Shown here piece by piece: positions 1-9,200 of a DNA stretch of 20,000 nucleotides. The notes under the pieces are model-generated. The model ran no database searches and was not told where the DNA came from. It saw only the letters and a program-made list of their open reading frames with translations. The DNA is from Cystobasidiomycetes sp. EMM_F5 (taxonomy: Eukaryota), in NCBI GenBank assembly GCA_051047955.1, contig JBPGPT010000016.1, positions 355,383 to 375,382 of the forward strand, read 5' to 3'. Numbering within the stretch: position 1 is the stretch's first letter; every line of letters starts with the position of its first letter. A program made the translations under genes and the position numbers.

Positions 1-18
1 TGATTTATCGACACCTAG

Positions 19-1496
19 ACAGAGGTGCTTTACCGATCCTTCACAATATTTGTGATGGAAGACCGCAGCAGGGACAGGTGGTGTACCCGTTTTGGGCAAT
101 TATCGCTCGCCATGCGCTCAGCGATCAGGAAAGTTGCACTCCACACCGCTCCAGCATGTCTTGAGGCAACAGGCTGGTCGAAGCTATTCGCCATGGTCCC
201 TCTGCTCATGGCCGTCGACTTGCATGTACCAGTGACCGACGCTGGCGAAAGCGATTTGCTTCACGAAAGGGTTCAAATGTTCAGCAACACGATGGCGACA
301 TGCAATATCTCTGTACGCTTCAATCTGGAATGTGGCGTATTTTCCGTTGACACATTCAGACACATGCTCTCGGCTTTCGCGGCACATTCTATTGATGCTT
401 TGATCCTCGCATCCCCCACGACGGATGAAGAGAGCTACGTCACTCCACAAGCCGGCACAACATTAAGCCCGGTGTCGATATCGAGCTTGACTGTTGCTAT
501 TCATCGCGTCAATCGCCTTCCGTACGTGCTCACGGCATGTCAGTCTAGCCACATCCGGAGCTTTACGATTTCTGCGCGGCAATGTATGAGTACGGCGTTA
601 CACGGTTAGTTAGTTCCAGTAAAGTACTTATCTGAACTCACGCGTGCTTGCAAGCCCTGATACCCATTCTCGCATTGATGGACGAGACACTGCAAATCTT
701 TTCGCTCGACACGCCGCTGTGCAAGCACAGAAGGCACAGGGATCGGGGAAAAGTGTCAAAGCGCGCAATACGAATGTCTGGCTTGAGGCGATTATACTTC
801 GACTCGCCGGCATCCGATTTTTTCGCTGCCCTAACGACTCCCAATCTGGTCGAACTAGATTGCCGCTTGGTCAACGGCGATGTGGCAGCTGTACATACTT
901 TACTGGAGTCCGAAATTACTCGGCATTTACTCCTGCGACTGGATGAGGACTTCAAATGTGGCCCAGAAATGTTGCAAATAATCAGCCTGTGTGATAGGTT
1001 GCACATCAATCTATCTATTCATGCAGAGGTTCCTCTGCGACTCGACTCGTCGGGTGACGACCGCCAGCTCTTCATACTCGCCGCACATGCATTCGTACAC
1101 TGCTACATCGTCTTCGACTGGGCGTTGAGACCAACGGCTCTCCCAGCAGCGCTGTACTATCCGAAGCTCGAGTCCTTAGCCATCAACAAATGGGGTCCCG
1201 CGTACCGCGGTGCATCTTACGACTCTACAACCTCCGTCCTTACTTTACTGAACAATATTTTCGCTCCAGAACTTGTCACAATCACTTTGGATTTTTGGGC
1301 TACATTCAAATCCCTGGAGGCGCTCTTACGGCTTGTTGAGCGACTCCCCGCCCTGCGCAATCTTGATGGCAGACTGCTACTTGCAGGCGAGGGGGAGGAG
1401 CGCAGCGCCGAATTACAACAAATTGCGAAGATCCGGCAACAATGTCTAAGCCGCGGTATTGCAAATCTCCTGCGGTTCCGCTGGAATCATGTCTAG
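19..1496 (+). CDS. F-box/LRR(RNI-like)-type protein, paralogue A; 5'-truncated. Exons 19-604 and 655-1496; the first exon lies left of the window
   Basis: Acceptor CTAG ends at 18, then TEVLYRSFTIF... A phase-1 intron 605-654 (GTTAGT...CAAG) joins ORFs 25..609 and 648..1496. Degenerate LRR-like segments (MSGLRRLYF, TPNLVELDC, YPKLESLAI, LPALRNLDG). Clear similarity to the next gene. The F-box label is inferred from the paralogue's first exon. Confidence 0.7.
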
Positions 1497-1841
1497 TGCC
1501 GTAAGGATATTTGAAGTTCAATGATCCACGTCTAGACCAAGTATACCGACATCTGCGCATTATTCATCTCCTGCCCGTGAACAGAGACATGTCTCAATGG
1601 TTCGCGACCCCAACAGTGCCTTCTGGTCAAGCCGCCGTGATCTAGTTGGACCGACTCGCGTTGTACGGTTGTCCATAAGTCGCGAACAACCGATTTTCTG
1701 ACTTGTACTGGTGATGTTACAGCAGCAGCTGCCTATGCGACACGTTCCAAGTGCGGTTTCACTTTCGCCCGGTAGACAACTGAATATCTGCGCTCAAGCT
1801 GTGGAGACGCTGCCTAATCGTAGACGGCGCATCGTCACCAG

Positions 1842-3606
1842 ATGGAGCGCTTAGACTTGGACACATGCTCACTCATAACGTTGCAATGCAATCAACATAG
1901 TCTCGAAAATATACGCTTAGCTCTGCCGAATCCTCGTTTTCGGCTATACGAAGCAGCGGTCAGTTTATAACGCCACTGATTCACGGGTTGTCTGCTGACG
2001 CACAGCATATCTTCGTATATTGCTTACTTGCACACCAGACCACAGCCCTATTCTCACCGTTTGCCATTTTCTCATCGCAGAGTCGCCGTGCGCTGGAGTG
2101 CTTGACCTTGTTGTCACCTCATACCCGGACAACCATTCGAAGCATAACTCTGAGTGTGTGGATGCTTACTGAATGTGTTGATGACCGCCTTCTCGATATC
2201 TTAGAGCTGCTCCCATGCGTCCAGACTGTCGATGTCCATCTACAAATCACCTCAAATTGGGATGTCAGCCTTGATCAGATGGGGAAGCTTCTCAAACAAT
2301 TGGACGACAGGACCTCCATTCTTCGTCTTCACGTTTCGTGTAATGGCGATTTCCCTCTTAAAACAGCCATATCTAAGTCGAGCTTGGCCGATATGGCCAT
2401 CCCAATCGCTCATCTAGATATAAGAGAAAGTAATGTTCGCCGTCCTACTCAGCCGGACGAAAGGTTAGGAGACCGTCTGTCGGTCGCGACCGTGCAAATG
2501 ACGGGTGGCTATTTACCGAAGCTAGTTGAATTCTGTCAACTTGACGCCATTCAAGACTTCACATTTGCGTGCGGATCAGACTGTATCGAGGAAGTCATAC
2601 AAGGTACGCTTGTAGGCTCTATGCGTGTATGTCAATGAGGCACTTATTCCTTCGACGAGGCAGACGTGCTGCAGATAATCTCAATGCTGGCCGACAGCTT
2701 GCACCGTCTCTGCATTCGGGGTCCCAGATGCGCGAACTGTAAAGATCCTAAAACTGCGAATGACGAAAATGGCCAATCTGCAGTGACCTTGCCTCGCTTG
2801 AGTTCGCTAGAACTTGGTGACTGGGCTGCTAATCACTTGGACAAGATCGAAGCGCCCTTGTTGAAGTACTTGACATGCTATGCATACGGCAGTAATGTTT
2901 CAAACATCCTCTCGAAGCTAAAGTGGGGAAAGCTGCGATACTTGACATTACGTCTCGTCGCAAGCATCACTTTCTGGCAGCAGCCCATGTTCGCCTTGAT
3001 AAAGTCTTGCCAGGACAATGCGGTAGTACTGCGTATCGACTCCAGACAATTCGCACAACCTCTCATCGCTGCACCAGCCGACTATGCTCTGCTGGAAGCT
3101 TTGGCGCCTTACCAGACTCATGCAAGCATTGAGCGAGCCGACTCGCGTGATACTTACTTTGGCGACCCCATCACCTGCTTTCCTCGCCTAAAATGGCTCG
3201 AGTTTGCATTCCGCGGAGACTATCCTTGCGCTGAGGATGCCGCTGAACCGCTCCGACTACTGATTGATGAGCTGTGTGTCCCGAATCTCATTGGCCTGAC
3301 GATAAGCGACGTTATTACTACCGATACAGGAGAGGCCCTGCTTCGTCTTATCAAGCGGCTCCCGGATCTACGAACGATATCTGGGACTCTGCTGTACGAA
3401 GCAGGTCATCCGACCGAATCGGAAGTACTTCGTCTGCTGGAGGAGCTGCAAGATGTGTGCCGGCAGCGCGGAATCAAGAATACAACAAGCATAGATGGTG
3501 AGCCTTTCGGATGTGCAGTCTGTGCTTAGCGTAGTGAGCTTATTACGCGCGAAAACTTGCAGAGTGGATCGATGACTCGGATTTCGCTGATGGAGACTAT
3601 CTTTAG
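1842..3606 (+). CDS. F-box/LRR(RNI-like)-type protein, paralogue B, about 519 aa. Exons 1842-1958, 2039-2603, 2664-3497, 3563-3606
   Basis: ATG 1842 gives MERLDLDTCSLITLQCNQHSLENIRLAL...LYEAA|TTALF, a degenerate F-box-like pattern. Introns GTCAGT..CAG (1959-2038), GTACGC..CAG (2604-2663) and GTGAGC..CAG (3498-3562) keep the frame. LRR-like segments LPRLSSLEL, FPRLKWLEF, LPDLRTISG. Without the last intron the CDS stops at 3529. Confidence 0.7.
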
Positions 3607-3721
3607 TCAAAGATAGCGATCAGTCATTACATGCAAAATGGATGGTACGAATCCGGCATGCTGGTGGGTGTGCTAGTGTGATAAAGGACCTGGATGCTGG
3701 ATGCCAGCAGCTTACGTTTTC

Positions 3722-3820
3722 AGCGGGCTAGATCCTAACGTGATGCATGAGCCGAGCTCAGTCATTCGACGGCACCTCTCGGGCCCGACAGCAACGACTG
3801 AATCCATCAGCCCGCTTTTT
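3722..3820. ncRNA. Candidate structured small RNA or miniature inverted-repeat element (unidentified)
   Basis: AGCGGGCT (3722-3729) is the perfect reverse complement of AGCCCGCT (3809-3816), extended by GAT/ATC after a single bulge. Inner stem TCAGTC (3758-3763)/GACTGA (3796-3801). Apical hairpin GGCACC-TCTC-GGGCC. TTTTT at 3816-3820. Family not recognised. Confidence 0.35.
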
Positions 3821-3979
3821 CTCTTTCGAACAGCTGCTTTAGAAGTTTGCATGATGCGGAGATGGCCCTTGGGGCTGCTTTCAAGCGGTGTTTATCAGGA
3901 TGTACTACATGGAAAGCTAGGCAGTGCTAGCTCCGTACACTAATTCCATTGTTTGATACGCAAACGACTTGCCTTCATT

Positions 3980-4010
3980 ACTATATTTGCATAAATTCTT
4001 GTTTATTTAC
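3980..4010 (+). promoter_or_regulatory. AT-rich, TATA-like putative core promoter of the H1 gene
   Basis: CTATATTTGCATAAATTCTTGTTTATTTAC lies about 120-145 nt upstream of ATG 4127 in an otherwise roughly balanced-GC region. The start codon context GCAACAATG has A at -3. Confidence 0.35.
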
Positions 4011-4126
4011 TTTCTGACACTTTGGGGCGCCCGTTCCGGCATGCCTCAGGTCTCGCTTGTTCCAACCGCGTAGACGACAATCGCACAGCACTACGCAAAG
4101 CACAAAGACGCCTACCACAAGCAACA

Positions 4127-5884
4127 ATGTCCACCGATGCTGCGTCTAAGAAGAAGGGAGCTGCTGCACCCGCGTCAAAGGCAAAGAAACCAGCGGGACA
4201 CCCGACTTTCATTGAAATGATCCAGGCAAGTCGCGTTGACGTTGGCGGCACAGAAGGCCCATTGACAGCATGTGCTGACTTGTCATCCATACGTTATGTT
4301 CGCATTTGTCTACTGACTGCCTTTACCGGCCTCTGGCTCAATTGCTGTGTTCCGTCTGACGCGCTTCCCGTCCTGATCCCTTTTGTTTTGCTTGGATTTT
4401 GCAGGAAGCCATAGCAGCCTCCGATGACCGCGCAGGCGTGTCTCGCACTGGCATCAAGAAGTGAGTCTTCTTGTTCGTGTCGTGCGACTCCCCGGCCGCG
4501 CTATCGCCTCGCGTCAGCCATCGTCATGAGTCTTTGTTTTGCGGGGGCTGGCACATGACTGCCCGCAAACGACAATATAAGAAATCGACACTGCTGCATG
4601 ACTAATGAACATCGAGTAAATGCCGTCATAAGAGCCAGCTTACTGACTCCCTAGAACCTTCTTTGCAGGTTTATGCTTGAGAAGTACGACTTGGAGGACA
4701 GTAACGCCAATGCCAGTCACTTGAGCCGGGCTCTGCAACGAGGTCAGTACTGATAATAGCTACTTCAACAGTACGCTGTATACGCTATATGCTGAACTGT
4801 GGATTATTCATTGGCCTCTCACTCGATTTGCAGGTGTCGATGACGATGTCCTGGATATGCCAAAAGGACCGTCTGGCAAAGTTAAGCTTGCATCGAAGAA
4901 GGGTGCTTCCAAGGGCAATGATTCCGGCAAAGAGGTAAGCCTCTTGCAAGGTCCACATCCGGGTATGCTGAACTCTGGTAATACTGTCCCGTTTCTTATC
5001 GCGCTCGATCATTGTGTTTACCCGTGCCAGAACAAGGCTCCCGCACCGAAGAAGGCTGCAGCGCCCACAGCAACCAAGAAGGTTTCGGTAAGCCTGGCTT
5101 TCATTTACATCCTGCTGTTACGTCTGATTGAACTGAGACATCCCAAATTGACACCTTGATTCTCTTGGCGTGTAGACCCCTGCGACTTCTACTGCCGCAA
5201 AGAAGGCTCCTTCCAAGAAGCTCGTCGAAAAGAAACCCTCTGCTACAGCAACCTCCTCTGGCACTACAAAGAGGATCAGCGCAACTGCTGCCAAGTCGAC
5301 CACCTCGAGCACTACCGCTACCAAGACTAGCTCGCGCAGAGCTGCTGCAGCTCCTGCCCCCGAGAAGAAGGCTACTACGGCTGCCAAGAAGCCTGATCCA
5401 AGGAAGGTCGAGTCGAAGAAGGCTGCACCAACAAAGAAGGTCGCAGAAACCAAGAAGGCAGCAGAGCCAAAGAAGACGGTTGTAAGTGGAAGGAATCCCT
5501 TTGTAAGGGCCGCTTCTTTTCTTCCATCACATCCTATCCACCTCCTGTTACCGGCTTTCGAAGCCTTATCGCACTTGGCATGACTCTCGTATTATATCGC
5601 AAACCACGATGCTGATTTGTCTGGTCTGTCCCCTTGTATCGTTTTGTTGCCAGACTGCAAAGAAGCCAGTAGCCAAACCTGCTGCAAAGACACCATCCAA
5701 GACGGCTTCCAAGGCAAAGTCAGCTGGAAAAGAGAAGGCTACGGAAATGAAGAAGACTTCTGCTCGCAAGGCGCCCACTGATCGAGTAGGCCTTTTGTCA
5801 ATTGACTTGGGTGTACTACCATCCTGACGACACTGTTGGTAGTCTGCTGCTCCTGCCAAGGCGACTCGCGCATCGAAGAAGTAG
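4127..5884 (+). CDS. HHO1: Linker histone H1, 288 aa. Exons 4127-4225, 4405-4460, 4669-4742, 4834-4934, 5031-5087, 5176-5481, 5654-5785, 5843-5884
   Basis: The spliced product has a typical H15 winged-helix domain: HPTFIEMIQ|EAIAASDDRAGVSRTGIKK|FMLEKYDLEDSNANASHLSRALQRG|VDDDVLDMPKGPSGKVKL. A long K/A/P/T/S-rich tail follows, ending ATRASKK*. Exon lengths sum to 867 nt, in frame. Confidence 0.95.
4226..4404 (+). other. Non-canonical GC-AG intron (H1 intron 1, 179 nt)
   Basis: CAG|GCAAGT donor and TTTTGCAG acceptor. This junction restores the conserved MIQ-EAI helix of the globular domain. Confidence 0.88.
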
Positions 5885-6196
5885 AGTCATCCACTGGCGG
5901 CCGCTGCATTAACAGCGGTGTCTTCATCTTTTCGAACCTTCTTTTGGGCTCCCTTCGTTTTCCTGGCCGTCAATCGCCATAGCACCCTCAGGTAGATTGA
6001 CCGGTACCGGCGAAACGGGTGGTCTACGAGCAACATCATCGTACCAGACCCTCTTGCCTGATTCCTTCTCCCTGTGCTCGCGTCAACTACCCATTCCGCG
6101 TCTGTACTTTCTGTCGTTACAGTCCGAAAGCCTTTGTTCGTCTTACAACTTGTTGTTACTATTGTCAGTCGGCTAGCCTTGTCGTATTGTCAATGC

Positions 6197-6240
6197 ACGT
6201 TACTTTGTTCCAACGTTACTTTGTTTCAACGTTACTTTGT
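6197..6240. repeat. Three-copy tandem repeat, 16-nt period, core ACGTTACTTTGT
   Basis: Exact core at 6197-6208, 6213-6224 and 6229-6240, in the 3' region between the convergent H1 and UBP2 genes. Confidence 0.9.
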
Positions 6241-6299
6241 CCCTATGTCATGAGGACCTTCTCCGCCCGTGGCGATAGCAACAAGACTGATACTACACA

Positions 6300-9200
6300 C
6301 TACAAAATGCGATGGACTGCGTCAATGCGGGTCATAACGTCTGTCTTGCGTATGTAAGATAGCCAGTAGGGGTTGGCTGTTTGACCAGTAGTGTCGGCGA
6401 AGACTTCCGAGACTGGAACTTCGGTTACCTGCTCACGGACGAGACGATCAGTCAGGCTGCGATAGGCGTATTACCAAAACCTTACAGTCGAGTCGTTGAA
6501 CTTTAGCCACCTGTCTGGCTGCGACGGCAACGCTCTTTGGTAGACTGGCGGCCCATAATACCGTTAGCGCGCAACTTGTGGTTCGGGAGAGGACACTGAC
6601 GGTAATAATGGCCATACCCGGCCGCTCCTTGATGGATGAATACACTCGAGAGCTCATAGTCATGCTGCCGCTCGTCCTCCCAGAGATCATGCATTTCTCG
6701 GCGAAAAGATTCTACGTTATGTTTGAGATTGGCCACGTCGTCCTCAATAGCCTGAGCTTGGCTCAGGATACCTTCTATCAGGTGCGTATTGCCCAACTTG
6801 TCCCCTATTTGCGAGGTGATCATTTGCTGGAAAGCCTCGCTTCGCTGTACACCGGGATCGCTAGTACCGATCTGATTTAGGCATGCTGCTGCTTCCCGCA
6901 GAACTTGCGAGGCTGTCATCTGCAGGTGTTTGTGTCAATTGATCTGGTTGGATTGCTCGAATGCACGAACGCACGGTGTCCTCATTCGCTTGCGAAAGCT
7001 GAAGCAATCGCTCTCGCGCTGACTTCAACGTCGCCCGCAGGGTTTTGCTCCGCTGGTGTCGTTCCGAGGTGCGACTATCTTGCGGATCGTAGTCGATGTA
7101 ACGTGCCATTTGTAGTGACAATGGAAAAGGCATAAAAGCATTGCTTTTGAAGACGCGAGCTGTGGCACGGTCGAATTGAACGCGCTGTATGCTCTGCAAT
7201 TAGAGATATGTGTTTCTGGCAAAATCGATCATGAGCGCACCTGTAGCTGTATTTGGAGTACGGGAGGCAAATGAGTGAGAACATCCTGCCTGACTGCACT
7301 GTGGCCTTCGACTTCCACAGTGGACGGCTCAAATGCAGCATCGAGTCCATCGTACAAGTCGGTGCCCTCGTTGGCCACATCGACGAGGAGGTACGAGAAT
7401 AGCTCATCCTTTACTCGTGCCTTTTGGCCGGGGCTTCCAGCTTCGAGATTCAGGACTTGCCTTGAAGTGCCGCAAAACAACTGCTGGACAAATGTTCGGC
7501 CTGACGTTTCGGACTTGGGTATGAGACTGTCTTTGAGTCCTGCTTCAATCTGAAAGATGACTAAAATGTCAAGATTATCAGAAAGTGAAAATGAATCCGT
7601 CACATCAGCTCTCACCGTTGTCCATCGCCTCTGATACATCATTTTGTCGCCCTAAAGAGAACAGTCAGTTGAGCCCCGCATTGCTTGAATGAACAGCGCT
7701 AACCAAACATCATGTTGGTGTTGACAAGTGTAGACTCTCGGCGCGCACTAGGTCGCGGTGGGAGAGGAGGAGGCCTTGCGGACGTACTAGCGATAGCCTG
7801 ACTTTCTGGAATGATTTCCATAACTCCGTCTTCGGCCTCTTGTGCAGTCAGGCGGTCATTCTTGATTGGGCTTTGTGACGGTAATTTTCTCGGCATCTGA
7901 CCGTCATCCACGTCCATATCGCCGTTGGCAAGATGGTCACTATTTCTTTTACCCAAAACTGACGGTGACGGCGCGTCTTCCGGCTTCTGACTCATCGTCA
8001 GTCCCTCCGACACGTCCATAAAGGATTCTGGCTCGGCAACGTCGATTGTAGCGAGCTCAGTAGCAGCCTCCGACTTCTGATCACTGACTGCCGCAGTGTC
8101 CTGTGCCGGATTGGATGCATTCTGGTCCTCCTCATCTTTAGAAGACACTAAGGCTAAGTATGCCAGTTCCTTCTCCGGACGGACAGATGGCGTTGGCGTG
8201 TGAATCAATTGCGAAAAAAGCGAAGATAGATGCGAAACGACTGTTATAAAGATCAGGTTAGCAGAGGCATCACCGACAGAAACTTAACATACATTTCTTC
8301 GATCGTGCAATTTCCGTATGGCTGAGTTGTCTTCCGCCTACTCGTTTCGATTCAGTTGGCGTGTCGGCCTCTTTATACTCTTCAAATCGCAAAACTACTT
8401 CGCGTAATTCCCGTATGGTAAAGAAGTACTGTGAGGGTAAAGCATCAGCCTGACCACACATTCGCAGCTGTCTTATCATCTATCTCACCTGCAGCAAGCT
8501 GTTCAAATAGCAAGTATTGCCAATGTTCTGAAGACCTGCAGGCATATTAGACGACACCGCTGCTTCTTGAGGACCAGCCGGCTCCGGCATAATGCCAGTT
8601 TCGGCTAGGGTGCGTAAAGCGTTGCTGTTACGAGCCTCAGCGACAACCTTTATAGCAGCAACAATCTTCTCCGTATAGCGTTTATCATTGGCATTTTCGG
8701 CGAGCTATGCAGACGGAGTGTCAGCCAAGACACAGCCCGGACAATCATATTACCTACGTAAACAGTACAAGCCAACCCGATACTGGCATCGTCGGTATCT
8801 TTCTGGACACAAAGGAGCTTCAGAGCTTCTTCCTCAGTGAAACTCGGTGCTGGCGGCTTGTCGTCGTCAGCGCTCAATAGGACCGCTTGTAGTAACTCGC
8901 TCTTCTGGATTTGACAAATCTTGCGCAAGGCTTCCCGAGCGGAATTCTTCTGCTGTTCCTTCTCCGAGGTTGTATCAGAGGACAGTCCTATCTCCTCCAT
9001 CCGCCTGTTGTAGCCATCGAGACTCTGATCCTCGGAAGGTAAATCAATCTCCGGCATGCCGAAGAAAAGTGGCAAGTCCGTTCGTTGCCGGGGTGGATGA
9101 CCCGCAGCTGTCCACAACGAGCAGATATCCGAGTACGTAAGACGGTTCTGGGAATCTTCTGTGGCCATGACGATGTCCAATGGCAACGCATCGCTACCGG

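Noticed and set aside
3722..3816. tRNA or tRNA-Sec interpretation of the structured element
   Set aside because: There is no TTCRA T-loop at the correct position, no proper anticodon arm (TCA lacks U33 and a stem), and no cloverleaf.
3701..3943. 80-aa intergenic ORF (also 6019..6357 on + and 11977..12249 on -)
   Set aside because: Short, with no recognisable motif or splice support, and located in presumed promoter or UTR space.
3985..3992. Octamer ATTTGCAT upstream of a histone gene
   Set aside because: The Oct-1/POU system is metazoan. This is probably chance within an AT-rich promoter.
4461..4668. Stwintron or recursive splicing in H1 intron 2 (and DRE2 intron 2)
   Set aside because: No internal intron was found whose removal rebuilds a credible donor, and there is no AG|GT ratchet site.
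5118..5485. Antisense and alternative-frame ORFs over H1 exon 6 (5118..5453 on -, 5156..5485 on +)
   Set aside because: These are shadows of the biased Lys/Ala/Thr codon content of the H1 tail.
6197..6240. CRISPR-like array
   Set aside because: The period is 16 nt with 4-nt near-identical linkers, the context is eukaryotic, and there are no cas genes.
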